Shown: positions 38,771 to 53,700 of the stretch, piece after piece | How positions within the stretch are numbered: position 1 is the stretch's first letter | Layout: every line of letters starts with the position of its first letter | Origin: Mobula hypostoma | Lineage: Eukaryota | Direction of reading: 5' to 3' | NCBI RefSeq assembly: GCF_963921235.1 | Contig: NC_086103.1 | Coordinates: 24,738,001 to 24,802,000 of the forward strand | DNA length: 64,000 nt | Translations under genes and position numbers: made by a program | The notes under the pieces: generated by a model | What the model saw: only the letters and a program-made list of their open reading frames with translations | Database searches by the model: none | Told to the model about the DNA's origin: nothing

Positions 38771-41700
38771 TCCCGGGAAACGCGCACAATACTGGAGGAA
38801 CTCCGGAGGGTCCCGGTCCGAAAGTCGACTGTTTATTCTCTCCATGGATGCTGTTTGACTTGCTGAGTCCCCTCAGCGTTTTGTGTGTGTTGCTCAAAGT
38901 TGCCAGCATTCTTGTGTTTATGGTATCCCGGTTCCGGGAGGAGGGTTGGGAGCAAAGTTCAAAGTAAATTTATTATCAATGTACTATACACCACCCTAAA
39001 ATTATTTTTCTTGCGGGTAATTCACAGTAAATTCAAAGAAACATAATAGAATCAAGGAAAATCGCACACAGCAAGGTGGAAAGTCAAACTGCAAATACAA
39101 AAAGAAAACAACAATAGATGAGCAATAAATAAGGGGTATAGATATGGAAAATGCAAACGGGCCCTTTCCTCTGAAATTGGATGTGACTACAACTAGAGGC
39201 ATGGGTTAAGCGTGAAAGGTGTGTTTAAGGGGAACATGAGGAGGAACTTCTTCACCCAGTGGTGAAAGTGTGGGACAAGCTGTCAGCGGATGCAGGGTCG
39301 ATTCCAACATTTGACAGAAATTTATCTGGGCACATAGATGGGAGGGGTATGGAGGGCTTTGGTCCAGTTGAGGTCAATGGGACTACACAGATTAATTGTT
39401 CAACACAGACTAGATGGGCCAAAGGGCCTGTGTCTGTGCTGCAGTCTTCTATCTGAACGTGAGATCCTTGAAAGTGAGACCATACTGAGAACAGTTCATT
39501 GTTGGGATGAGTGAGGTTATACTCTCTGTTTCTAGAACCTGATTGTTAAAGGGTAATAACTGTTCCTGAACCTGGTGGTGTGGGTCCTGAGGGTCCTGTA
39601 CCTCCTATCTGATGGCAACAGTACTAAGAGAGCATAGGCTGGATGGTGAGAGTCCTTGATGGATGCTACTTTCCTGCAACAAACTCCTTATAGAGGTGTT
39701 CAAAGGTGGGGGGGGGGCAGCAGGTGGGCTTTACTCTTAATGAACTGTGCTGTACTCACTACTTTTTGTAGGCTTTCTATTCAAGGGTATTGGTGTTTTC
39801 ATACCAGGCTGTTATGCAACCACTCAGGATACTCTTCACCATATATAGAAGTCTGTCAAAGTTTTAAATGAAATGCTGAATCTTCAAGAACTTTTAAAAT
39901 AGAGGTGCTGCCATGTTTTCTTTGTAATGTCACTTACAAGGGGACCCAGAACAGATCCTCTGAAGATGATAATGCTGAGGAATGTAAAATTACTGACCAA
40001 CTCCATCTCTGATCCCCAAATGACTGTTTTATGGACCTTTGGTTTCTTCCTCCTGTAATCAATAATCAGCTCCACGGTCTTGCTGACATTGAGTAAGAGG
40101 TAGTTGTGGCACCATCCAGCCAGATTTCCAATCTCTTTCCTATATGCTGATTTGTCAGCAGGGATTGTTGCTGTAGAAATGAAGGATAAACGATCAACTT
40201 TATTTACATGTACAAACCCCATTTCCAGAAAAGTTGGGATATTTTCCAAAATGCAATAAAAACAAAAATCTGTGATATGTTAATTCACGTGAACCTTTAC
40301 TTAACTGACAAAAGTACAAAGAAAAGATTTTCAATAGTTTTACTGACCAACTTAATTGTATTTTGTAAACATACACAAACTTAGAATTTGATGGCTGCAA
40401 CACACTCAACAAAAGTTGGGACAGAGGCATGTTTACCATTGTGTTACATCACCTTTCCTTTTAATAACACTTTTTAATAATTTTGGAACTGAGGATACAA
40501 ATTGTAGTAGATTTGCAATTGGACATTTTGTCCATTCTTTCTTGATATAAGACTTCAGCTGCTCAACAGTCCGTGGTCTCCGTTGTCTGATTCTCCTCTT
40601 CATGATGCGCCATAGGAGATAAGCAGCAGGCCAGTCAAGCACACGCACTCTGTGTCTACAAAGCCACGTTGTTGTAGCCTGTGCAGAATGTGGTCTGGCA
40701 TCGTCCTGCTGAAATAAGCATGGAAGTTCCGGGAAGAGACGTCGCCTTGATGGCAACATATGTCTCTCTAAAATCCTAATATACGCTTCAGAGTCAATGG
40801 TACCTTCACATACATGCAACTCACCCACGCTGTGGGCACTGATGCACCCCCGTACCATCACAGATGCTGGCTTTTGCACCTTTCGCTGATAACAATCTGG
40901 ATGGTCGTTTTCATCTTTGGCACAGAGAACTTGATGCCCATTTTTTCCGAAAACTAGCTGAAATGTGGACTCACCTGACCACAGCTCACGGTTCCACAGT
41001 CTTTCGGTCCATCTGAGATGAGCTCGGGCCCAGAGAACTCGCCGGCGTTTCAGCATAGAGTTGATGTATGGCTTCCTCCTTGTGTAATACAGTTTCAAGT
41101 TGCGTTTCTGGATGCAGCGACGGACTGTTGAGTGACAATGGTTTTCCGAAGTAGTCCCGAGCCCAGGTGGCTATAATTGTCACAGTAGCGTGACGGTTTC
41201 TTAGGCAGTGCCACCTGAGGGCTCGAAGATCACGCGCATTCAACAGTGGTTCCCGACCTTGCCCTTTACGCACTGAGATATCTCTGAATTCTCTGAATCT
41301 TTTCACAATAATATGTACTGTAGATGTTGAAAGACCTAAATTCTCTGCAATCTTGCATTGAGAAATGTTCCTTTTGAACTGACTAACAACTCTCTCACGA
41401 ATTTTGGCACAAAGGGGTGAGCCATGACCCATCCTTGCTTACAAAAACTGAGCCTTTGATGGACGCTACTTTTATACCCAGTCATGATACCTCACCTGCT
41501 ACCAATTAGCCTGCTTAATGTGGAGTCTTCCAAACCGGTGTTACTTGAATATTCTGTGCACTTTTCAATCTTGATTTAACTCTGTCCTAACTTTTGTTGA
41601 GTGTGTTGCAGCCATCAAATTCTAAATTTGTGTATGTTTACAAAATACGATTAAGTTGGTCAGTAAAACTATTGAAAATCTTTTCTCTGTACTTTTGTCA

Positions 41701-44700
41701 GTTAAATAAAGGTTCACGTGAATTAACATATCACAGATTTTTGTTTTATTGCATTTTGGAAAATATCCCAACTTCGCTGGAAATGGGGTTTGTATATAAT
41801 GCATTGGGTACTTACTGTGCTGTGTTGGTGCGGCATTCAACAAAAGCAACATTGAACAATTATAAGAAAGAATTATAAAAAAGTTAGATGTTAAAGTATG
41901 GAAAGTGAGTAAATGTGTATAAATACTATTATGTATTCACAATATTAGATTATGAGAACACTCAGTCCTCCTTTATAGTCATTTAGAAATGCATACATGC
42001 ATTAAGGAATGATGCAATGTTTCTCACAGATATCACAGAAAACAGGACAAACCAAAGACTAACACTGACAGAACCACATAATTATAACATATAGTTACAG
42101 CAGTGCAAAGCAATACCATATTTTGATGAAGAACAAGCCATGGGCACGGTAAATAAAGTCTCAAAAGTCCCAGAGTCAATCGACTCCCGAGTCCCTGATA
42201 AGCAGGCGGCAAAAGGGAGAAACTCCCTGCCATAAACCTCCAGGCACCGTCAACTTGCCAATGCCTTGGAAGCAGCCGACACTGAGTCCATCCGTCCGAA
42301 AACTTTGAGCTTCCAACCAGCCTCCCGAGCGCCTTCGACCTCGCCCCGGCCGCTGAAACACGCAAAGCCGAGAATTTCGGGGCCTTCTACTCCGGAGATT
42401 CCGGTTACCACACAGTAGCAGCGGCAGCGAAGCGGGCATTTCAGAAGCATTATAAAAAGTGGTTTAAAGTGTTTTTGCTGTCCAGTGCAATGACTGAGGT
42501 AATAGATAAGGGGGATGGGGAGGGTGGCTAAATAGAATGGTTGATCAGATTAACTGCCTGGGGGGGAGAAACTTTTATATGATGTGAAGTTTTTGTTTTA
42601 ATAGCCATAGCACTTAGCAGAACGAAGCTTTTGGAAAAGGCAATTTGCTGGGTGGGTAGTGTCCACAGTGATTTTGACTGTCCACTTCTTTGTCCTGGAC
42701 ATGTACAAGTCCTGCAGTGATGGTAGACTACAATGACCTTCTCAGCTGATTTGACAGATCATTCTATTTCTTCTATATTGTGAGAGTTTGCTGATAAACC
42801 AGACAGTAATGTTTTGACCGGAAGAAACTCCAATCTACAAATCGGTGGATGTGGATGAATCAAAGAGAGGGAGAGCAGACTTTGTTTGCCCCCCCTCACC
42901 ACCGCCCCCCATTTTGTGAATTCTGAACTGATTTTTGCTCTGGGATAATCTAATCAGAGCAGTTGAATGTGGGCATAAGGAACTTTAGCTAATGACCTGC
43001 TAAACCTGAGACCATTCTCGGATGACTAACTATTTATTATGTAAGTGGCAGACGTACCGGAAAAGTGATCTGTAGTCTCACTAGATTCAGTGTCTAGGTC
43101 ACCTAGTTTTGACAGATTTGAACCAGCCAGAGCTGAAAGGAACAAGGTCAGGGGACAGAAACCATAGACATTAGTTGTAGCCCTGGACTAGAGCCAGTAA
43201 GAAGGTGACCCAGGTAGGTCAGGTGATATTGGGCCAGTGGGATGGAGATTCATCAGTTCAACTGATAAGGAATACTACAAGTGTCAGGAGCTCCAAATAT
43301 GTTATGGTAATGAGAGGACAACCATCGTGGACGAGGAGGACCCCACTGACACATGGAGATCGGGACCACAAGAAATGCCTGACCAGTGTAGACTGCTTTC
43401 TCAGGTAATACCTTTTCTCTTCATTGACTGTTCATGAAGGATCAAGGAATTCTAGCGGGAGTGCGTTTTAGATGAGACCATACATACAGATTACTTGTCG
43501 GTAAATACAGATTCTCTCTATGCCTCCCTGATCATTATTACAAGGAGTGATTCTTATAACAGATGTTAGGTTCTTTATGATGACAGTTTATATTTGCATC
43601 AGTATGTTCTGCAAAAGATGGAATTTTACTGATTGTCTCAAGAAGTACATCCTCTACCGAGCCTTTTTGCTAATGAAGGAGATACATGAGGTCCACATGA
43701 GGTCTTGAGAAATATTGATGCCCAGGAAGGTGAATGTTGACATGTTACTAACTGTAGGCTTGTTGCTGATCAGTGAGTAGAGAGGAGACATTTCTCCTGA
43801 AGTCAATATGGATCTCCATGGTCTTGAGGGTTTTTAGCTCCAAGTTGTTGTGATTGTGTTGTGAGGTACTGGAGCCTTATAGGTCCCACACCACCAGGTT
43901 TAGAAACAGTTACTATCCTTGTTGCATTGTGTTGTTTTAATCCAAGGTCCTTTGAGATATCAGGATAGAGGCACAAAACCTGTGGTTCCACGATCATTTT
44001 ATTAAGAATTAATAGAACAAGGGAAATTTGAATGAACAGTGATAGAGGTCTTCTAAGTGAAGGGAAAGCTAAGATTAAATGAGGCTGCTTTGTGTTTAGC
44101 CATTTTATACCCATAGAGATGAGGAAAATTCCATTCATATTTGTAGATTAGAGTCAACCAATGAGAAAGCAGTTATTCAATATTGCAGTACCAAGTTAAC
44201 CAATGAGAAAACACATTCAATAATGCAGAACAAAGGGGCTTCTAGAGCTTTCCAGAATTATATTTTGTATAGCCATTGGAGACATATTAAACTGTTATAT
44301 GGATATAAGAGCTACTTAAAATGCAAGCAGATAATTGTTAAACTGCAAAGAAAATAACAATTAAACAGTCTACTCTAAGAATTAAATAGTCAGATCCAAC
44401 AAACCCCCTTTGACTATGACTATTCTAAATCACACATTTAGGATCATTACACCTGAAAATTCAGACGCAGAAAAACTTACGGTATATATGTTATGTACAA
44501 TTTAATCAAAAAAAATGACGGGTTATGAAATATCAAAGGATACATATTCTTCAACGTAAATATAGGATTATGGTTTGGCAGATTTGTAGACATTCTTATA
44601 CAAATTTGAACTATTAATGATTGCCTCTAAGCAAGTAAAAAAAGATATAGCTTATGATAAAACAGAAGTTTGTACATGTAGGCAAAATTGGCAAAAATAT

Positions 44701-47700
44701 AGCAACAATTAATATTGGAATAAACTTCATAATGTTCAGTAGTTATCAACTTGAAGTCTTCTGGCTGATTAGTGATTTGCTCACTGTAGCCCAGCAATGG
44801 GGGTATTTTGGCCAAGAGACCAATAGGTTTCAATATGTGCATTTAATGTCAGAGAAATGTATACAATATACATCCTGAACTTATTTTTCTTCTCAGACAT
44901 CCACGAAAACAGAGGAGTGCCCCAAAAAATGAATGACAATTAAAACATTAGAACCTCAAAGCCCTCCACCAACTTCCCCTTGCACGCACAAGCAGCAAGG
45001 CAATGACCCTCACCCACCCCCATCAGGAAAAAAGCATCAGCACCCTCCACCGAGCACTCAAGCGTGCAGCAAAGCATCAATAATAACACAGACTTGCAGT
45101 ACCCCAAAAACTATATTTTCACCTGACAATAAGGGAAAACGAGGCGACCCCGTTTCACAGCGAGAGGAGAGGTATAACCAACAACTCGCTGATTTATGAT
45201 GTTAAAAGTCTGGTGCGTCGCTTTTTCCGAGCTCTGTCCCTGGAGAGTCAGGGCCAAAAAGGTGCAGCCCCCGATAGCTGACCCTCCGCTCCCAATGTTA
45301 CGTGTTCTCCTACGAGGCTTCACTTGGGAGCACCAGCCTAGAATCGACAGGTCTCCGGACCCACAAAATCCTGAACCCTGAAGGCGCACTTGTCTTCCAG
45401 GCCGCGTCCTTGGATATCAAAAAGTGGCCGATCGTGAGGCCCTGAGAGTGGGTCCCATTCCACAGAGAACCGCAGTCAGAGTGTAACTCCAGGTCAGGGT
45501 CTTCAAGAGAACCCCTCCCCCCCCAAAACTCTGAAAAGGGAAAAAATAGATATCAAAGATAGAAATAAAGCTGTTTCGGAAGAAGCAAACAAACGCGTCG
45601 CCATTTAGCGCCACCTTAACTGCTAGCATATTAACCACAGCGCTTGGTGACCTCCTTGAATACCACTTTAGCTTGCATGCAGTAAGTATCCACTTACTTT
45701 TACCTTCTACTTTCATTGCCAAGTTGGTAATTAACAGCACTTGATGCTACCAATGATTGCATATGTGTTTTCTTAATGAGGACCCACTCACCAGGAATCA
45801 GGGAGATTCCTCCTTTTGCTGGGTCTTCCTAAGCGGCAGAAACCTGTGAGAAGCTTGGGTTAGTTTCACACGATAGGTAAATAAACTGTTTGCCATAATG
45901 TGTATACCAGTCTCCCTGAGATTGAGGGCTTCTGGTAGTGACATAGGGCGCCCTGTTACCATCTGGAGTGGACATATGTTTTCTTGTTTGAGGCTGCTCT
46001 GATGCGACGTAAGACCATAGGGAAGAGCTGTAGGCTATGGTATGCCTTCCTCGTGATAGTTGGTCATTGATGGATGGTTCCATTCATTGTTTGCCTTGGC
46101 CTGATGCTTCTGGGTGATGTGGACAATCGAAAGGCCATTCAATGTTCATCAGTCGACAGAAGTCCTGACAAATACTCCCAGTGAAATATGTTCCTTGGTC
46201 AGTCAATGTGACATGGGAATTCCCATCTAGGAATATGGTCCTTAATCAGAGATTTTGCTGTGTGTGTGTCAGTAGCTTTCCTTGCCATAATCGCTTCCAC
46301 CCATCTTGAATACCTTTCCACGACTACCAGTATAGAAACATAGAAAACCTACAGCACAATACAGACCCTTTGGCCCACAATGCTGTGCCGAACATCTACA
46401 GGTCGACCTTCACTAATCCAACTACCTGTAATCTGGTTCCTTCGATAATCCGGCACTGATTATGCTTAATGTGATCCTTCTGTAATTTGGCATTTTCACT
46501 AATCCAGCACTCCTCAGGTCCCAATGGTGCCATATTAGTGAAGGTCAACCTGTACTTACTTTAGAAATGACCTAGGGTTACCATAGCCCTCTATTTTTCT
46601 AAGCTCCATGTACCTATCCAGGAGTCTTTTAAAAGACCCTATCGTATTCGCCTCCACCACAGTCACTGGCAGCCCATTCCACGCATTCACCACTCTGCGT
46701 TTTAAAAAAAAACAATTTACCCCTGACATCTCCTCTGTACCTGCTTCGAAGCACCTTAAAACTGTGCACTCTCATGATAGCCATTTCAGCCCTGGGAAGA
46801 AGCCTCTGACTATCCACACAATCAATGCCTCTCATTATCTTATACACCACTTTTAGGTCACCTGTCATCCTTCGTCGCTCCAAGGAGAAAAGGCCAAGTT
46901 CACTCAACCTATTCTCATAAGGCATACTCCCCAATCCAGGTGACATCCTTGTAAATCTCCTCTGCACCCTTTCTATAGTTTCCGCATCCTTCCTGTTGTA
47001 AGGTGACCAGAACTGAGCATCCGTGTATCCTTGACACTTTGGGGGGAAAAAAAATGTAGTCCACTTGTAAATGTATTCATTTCCCCAGTATTAATTTTGG
47101 GGTGGCTTTTACATTTTAATATGGCAACTTTCTGACAACAGTTGTATGATATCCAGAAACTCTTGTACTAGTTGACCATTCTTGGTTGGAGTTCTTAGAG
47201 CTGTAAGAAATCCTCTGTCTCCATAAATTTCCAAAATTATGACAACTCCTGCCAACTTACGGGCTTTAATCAGAGTTTTTAGCTCTGTCTGTTACACAGA
47301 GGTGCCAGGAGCCATGCTTCCTCATGTCAGCATTCTAGTTTCAGAAATAACTGCCCATTCAGCCATTCAAATTCTCCCCAATCACAGGGGAGTCATCAGT
47401 ATGTATGAACATAGAATTCTACAACTTCCGGTAATTCCCTCCCCCTCCCTTCCCCTATCCCTATGTCACTCTGCCCCCTCCCCCAGCTGCCTACCTCCTC
47501 CCTCTTGGTTCCGCCTCCATCTACTACCCATTGTGTTTTCCCCTATTCTTTCTTCACCTTTCCTGCCTATCACCTCCCTGCTTCCCCTCCCCCACCCCTT
47601 TATCTTTCCCCTGACTGTTTTTTCTCCTGGAACCTACCAGCCTTCTCCTTCCCACCTTCCCCCCACCTTCTTTATAGGGCCTCTGCCCCTTCCCTCTACA

Positions 47701-50700
47701 GTCCTGACGAAGGGTTCTGGCCCGAAATGTTGACCGATCTTTTCCACGGATGCTGCCCGACCTGCTGAGTTCCTCCAGCGTGTTGTGAGTGTTGCTTTGA
47801 CCCCAGCATCTGCAGATTATTTTGTGTTTAGTCATCAGTATACAGTATGCAGAGTAACGACCGACAGGATGCTCTTGGTATCCATGGTCTTAAATTAAGA
47901 CAGTTTTCATGTGTTTCTCGTTGAGATACAGGGTAAATGGTCTACCTCAGGGGTCCCCAACCTTTTTTGCACTGCGGACCGGCTGATCCGGGGGAGGGGG
48001 GGTAGGGTTGTCAACAGACAAGAGTAGCAGTCAAATACTTTGAGCTTACCCCGAAAAAGACTACAATAACCATGAAGCCTTGCGCGAGCACCAGTGCACA
48101 TGCGTGACTAGCGAATGCGTGTTTGGGCCGATTTTTCTCAACAAATCGTTTTTGGCAATTCTGTTCGGGAGGGGGGTTAATCACGACCGGAATATAGGTG
48201 ATAAGGTGCTAGTACACTCGATTTCATTTCTAGAAGGGTTTATCTAATGAATTTAACATTAAACACACAGCGCATATTTTCCTCGCATGAATATAGTGAT
48301 AAGTCAAGGGAGGGCAGGGGAGCTTGAAGTAAGTGTGGAACAAACTTCCAGTAGAAGTGGTAGAGGCAGGTTCCATATTATCATTTAAAGAAAAATTGGA
48401 TAGCTATATGGACAGGAAAGGAACAGAGGGTTATGGACTGAATGCAGGTCAGGGGGACTAGGTGAGAGTAGCGTTCGGCTCGGACTAGAAGGGCAGAGAT
48501 GGCCAGTTTCTATGCTGTGAATGTTATATGGTTATATAAGTCACTTATAATTCAATAGCATCATTTTAAGTAACGTTTGGATATTAAGCACACAGCACAT
48601 ATTTTCCCCGTATGAACATATAAAATCATTGCAACGCACCAATATCGCTGAATCGGGGAGCTCTAGGCTTGTTTCCCTGCAACAAGACGGTCCTATCAAT
48701 GGGTGATGGGAGACAGCGATACTTGAAGGGGTTTCTTTATGTCCACTCTATTCCGCAATTTAGTTCTCGTTGCATTCATTGCAGAGATACGTTGGAAATG
48801 GAAGCAACGTTTTCAGTGCTTTCGTGGCTATCTCAGGATAGTTAGCCTTGACTTTGATCCAGAATGCCGGCAGAGATGTTATGTCAAACATACTTTTCAG
48901 CCCACCCTCATTTGCAAGCTCGAGGAGTTGATCTCCTTCCCACGCTGACATGGATGACGCATGGGTAATGACCTCGCATGCATAATGGCCTCGCATGCAT
49001 TCAAGCTCAACAGTGGGCGTGACAGGGAATGAGGAAAGGTGCAGCTGACTCATATCGCCAAATCATATCGTTTCCTCGCGGCCTGGTAGCTCCTGCTTTG
49101 CGGCCCGGTACCGGTCCGCGGCCGGTGATTGGGGACCGCTGGTCTACCTGTCTTAGGATTCTTAATTCAGGTACGGTAAACAAAGTCGTATTGAGAGTTT
49201 GAAATACTTTCAGTTGCTCTTCATTAAGAGTCAGAGGGTTGTCTGAGCACTTACTATACTTCAGCAGATTGTTGAGTGGTTGTGCAATAGTTGATAGGTT
49301 GTCGCTCTGCCCCTCTACCAGACGACTTTAGGTTCAGACCAAGGGAATAATTGTCAAACACAGTTTACTTAAAATTACATACTGTTTATTAACAAGCTTG
49401 CGTCTCAGTTGATATTACAGAGCCCCACTCAATAGAGCCTGGAAACCTGGAATCAAGTGAGCCTTCAGCACTCTCTGGGGCTGCTTGTTAAACATTCATT
49501 ATCACATACGTACTCTGATCATTGCCAGCCACCCTTGATTAGAGTTTATGCAAAGCAGCTGTCTCATGCAACAAGCACTCCTTTGTTCCTTGCATCCATC
49601 CCATGGTTAGCAGATCCCATGGTTATCTTGCAACATTATTCACATAGTGTGACTAATCAAGCTGCAAATGTCAGTCAGGTTTTAGCCCTTTTAGTTCTGT
49701 AGATAATTCCTCAGGTCTGTCACTAGCTTATCAATACTGATGAACAATAGTTTCATCCTCAGACCTGCGTCTCTTCACTCCCTTGGTCTCTATTGAAGCA
49801 AGCTGTGACAGCTGTCAATCTTACTGTTTCAAAAAAAGCTTGCCTGACAAATAGTTGGAAGTCATTGAAGAAGGATAGACAAAGGAGAATCATTTGATGT
49901 TGTGTACTTAGATTTTCAGAAGGCCTTTGATGAGGTACCACACATGAGGCTGCTTAACAAGTTCTGAGTCCATGATATTACGGGAACGATTCTAGCATGG
50001 ATAAAGCAGTGATTGATTGGCAGGGGGCAAAGAGTGGGGAGAAAAAGAGAGTCTTTTCTGATTAGCTGCAGAGGACTAGTGGTGTTCCTTAGAGGCCTGC
50101 ATTGGGACTGGTTCTTTGGAATTCTTTGCCACAGTCAGCTGTGGAGGCCAAGTCTTTATGTATATTTTAGGCTAAGGTTGATAGATTCTTAATTGGTCAA
50201 GGCATGAAGGGATACGGTGGGGAAGGCAGGAGATTGGGTCTGAGAGGATCAGCTGTGATGAAATGGTTGAGTAGACTCGGTGGACCAAATGGCCTAATTC
50301 TGCTCTGAATCTTAAGGTCCTCACTGATGTCAATAGGGGGCTGCTGTCCATGTCATGTCAATCCTGTAATTCCTCAGAATTCAGATGGTGTTGCTGCCTG
50401 GGAGGACTGTCAATTCTCCAGAGTTCAGATGGTGGCTCTGTCTGTTTGATGTAGGCTGAATCTCTGGGCAAAGCTTCAGAAGTAGGTGTTTGCCAGGGTG
50501 GAACACCAGCAGTAGCATCACTGGAAGCGTCACCAGCAGAACTTCTAGGAGGATTGCTCACTTGAAGTCATGGTGAGCTATTCCACATGTGTTTTAGTTT
50601 ACTTCTGAGCTCTGCACAGTGCACTTCAATTGAATTACCGTCTTGTTCTTTTGCTCATTCAGTTAATGCAAGGAGTTGCTCCTTAGACTTCTTACTGTCG

Positions 50701-53700
50701 TTATCATGCTATTTTTGTAGTTTATCACAAGTTTTGCATTTCTTTTGATTAGTAAAAGACTTTACTTATCCCATTAACTCTTTCACTCACTCACAGATTC
50801 AATCAAACCAACCACGCTCTCTTATCTCCAAATCAGTAACACATTTTTCTTTAGATTGAGGACACGCAATCCTCTTTTATTGTCATTTAGTAATGCATGC
50901 ATTAAGAAATGATACAATGTTCCTCCAGTGTGATATCACAGAAGCACAAGGCAGACCAAGACTGAAAAACTGACAAAAACACATAATTATAACATATAGT
51001 TACAACAGTGCAAGCAATACCGTAATTTGATAGAAGAACAGACCATGGGCACAGTAAAAAAAGAAGTCTCAAAGTCTCTCGAAAGTCCCAACATCTCACG
51101 TAGACGGTAGATTGTTATGCGAGCAAACTAGATTGTAACCAAATAGGTTACAACCAAATAGATTGCAACTGTTTTATCTTTAAAATAACAATGTACTGTC
51201 CTCAATCCTAATTTCTATCTGATATTTGAAGCTGGGACCCTTTTTCTCTTTGACAACGAAGAAATCCCTTTTGTTGTACACTAAAAATTCTACTTTTGTC
51301 TTTGATTGTTCCAAGTCCTAAACTTTGATATCCTGCCAACTTGGCCACTTGTTGGATTCTAATGTTTTAATCTAAGATTCTTTCAGAAGTCAGGAAAGGG
51401 GCACAAAATTTGCCGTTTCACAATCATTTTAAAAGTTGATAGAATAAAGGAATGTTGAGGTCTACTAAGTGCAGGGAAAGCTGAGATTAAGATGGCACTG
51501 CTTTGTGTTTAGATATTTTATACCCATAGAGATGAGGAAACTTCCATTCAAATTTGTAGATAAGAGTTAATCAATGAGAAAACACTTCTTCAAATCTGCA
51601 GGACAAACAAGCTTCAAGAGTTTTCCACTATAGCCACTAGAGGCATGTTAAACTGTAATATGCACATAAGAACTACTTAATGTACAAGCAGATGATTAAT
51701 TATTAAACTGCAAGAAAATAATTAAACAGTCTAATCTAGGAATTAAGCAGTCAGATTCAACACCCTTCAACCACCTGACTCCTGAACCAGAGTGGATAAC
51801 CTCAACACTGAACTGATTCATAGAAACATAGAAACATAGAAAATAGGTGCAGGAGTAGGCCATTCGGCCCTTCGAGCCTGCACCGCCATTTATTATGATC
51901 ATGGCTGATCATCCAACTCAGAACCCCGCCCCAGCCTTCCCTCCATACCCCCTGACCCCTGTAGCCACAAGGGCCATATCTAACTCCCTCTTAAACATAG
52001 CCAATGAACTGGCCTCAACAGTTTCCTGTGGCAGAGAATTCCACAGATTCACCACTCTCTGTGTGAAGAAGTTTTTCCTAATCTCGGGCCTAAAAGGCTT
52101 CCCCTCTATCCTCAAACTGTGACCCCTCGTTCTGGACTTCCCCAACATCGGGAACAATCTTCCTGCATCCAGCCTGTCCAATCCCTTTAGGATCTTATAC
52201 GTTTCAATCAGATCCCCCCTCAATCTTCTAAATTCCAACGAGTACAAGCCCAGTTCATCCAGTCTTTCTTCATATGAAAGTCCTGCCATCCCAGGAATCA
52301 ATCTGGTGAACCTTCTTTGTACTGCCTCTATGGCAAAGATGTCTTTCCTCAGATTAGGGGACCAAAACTGCACACAATACTCCAGGTGTGGTCTCACCAA
52401 GGCCTTGTACAACTGCAATAGTACCTCCCTGCTCCTGTACTCGAATCCTCTCGCTATAAATGCCAGCATACCATTTGCCTTTTTCACCGCCTGCTGTACC
52501 TGCATGCCCACTTTCAATGACTGGTGTATAATGACACCCAGGTCTCGTTGCACCTCCCCTTTTCCTAATCGGCCACCATTCAGATAATAATCTGTTTTCC
52601 TATTTTTGCCACCAAAGTGGATAACTTCACATTTATCCACATTAAATTGCATCTGCCATGAGTTTGCCCACTCACCCAACCTATCCAAGTCACCCTGCAT
52701 CCTCTTAGCATCCTCCTCACTGCTAACACTGCCACCCAGCTTCGTGTCATCCGCAAACTTGGAGATGCTGCATTTAATTCCCTCATCCAATTCATTAATA
52801 TATATTGTAAACAACTGGGGTCCCAGCACTGAGCCTTGCGGTACCCCACTAGTCACCCCCTGCCATTCTGAAAAGGTCCCGTTTATTCCCACTCTTTGCT
52901 TCCTGTCTGCTAACCAATTCTCCACCCACACCAATACCTTACCCCCAATACCGTGTGCTTTAAGTTTGCACACTAATCTCCTGTGTGGGACCTTGTCAAA
53001 AACCTTTTGAAAATCCAAATATACCACATCCACTGGTTCTCCCCTATCCACTCTACTAGTTACATCCTCAAAAAATTCTATGAGATTCGTCAGACATGAT
53101 TTTCCTTTCACAAATCCATGCTGACTTTGTCCGATCATTTCACCGCTTTCCAAATGTGCTGTTATCACATCCTTGATAACTGACTCCAGCAGTTTCCCCA
53201 CCACCGACGTTAGGCTAACCGGTCTATAATTCCCCGGTTTCTCTCTCCCTCCTTTTTTAAAAAGTGGGGTTACATTAGCCACCCTCCAATCCTCAGGAAC
53301 TAGTCCAGAATCTAATGAGTTTTGAAAAATTATCACTAATGCATCCACTATTTCTTGGGCTACTTCCTTAAGCACTCTAGGATGCAGACCATCTGGCCCT
53401 GGGGATTTATCTGCCTTCAATCCCTTCAATTTACCTAACACCACTTCCCTACTAACATGTATTTCACTCAGTTCCTCCATCTCACTGGACCCTCTGTCCC
53501 TTACTATTTCTGGAAGATTATTTATGTCCTCCTTAGTGAAGACAGAACCAAAGTAATTATTCAATTGGTCTGCCATGTCCTTGCTCCCCATAATTAATTC
53601 ACCTGTTTCTGTCTGCAGGGGACCTACATTTGTCTTTACCAGTCTTTTCCTTTTTACATATCTATAAAAGCTTTTACAGTCCGTTTTTATGTTCCCCGCC

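Larger units (their letters stand above)
43920..51762 (-). mobile_element. Endogenous retrovirus provirus (class I/epsilon-gamma-like), two LTRs, heavily nested
   Basis: LTRs 51350-51762 and 43920-44401 (TGTTG...CAACA); PBS 51330-51347; PPT AAAGGGGG 44404-44411; flanks TCCT/CCCT; RT-thumb, RNase H and integrase remnants in retroviral order. Confidence 0.85.

Noticed and set aside
44410-44830. Hydrophobic ORF as a retroviral env gene
   Set aside because: Too short; no furin site, CX6CC or immunosuppressive motif seen. At most a remnant.
49300-49644. Possible second solo LTR inside the ERV (TGT...ACA ends, AATAAA on minus)
   Set aside because: Flanks (TAGGT/TAGTG) give no clean TSD and there is no second copy in the window; left uncalled.
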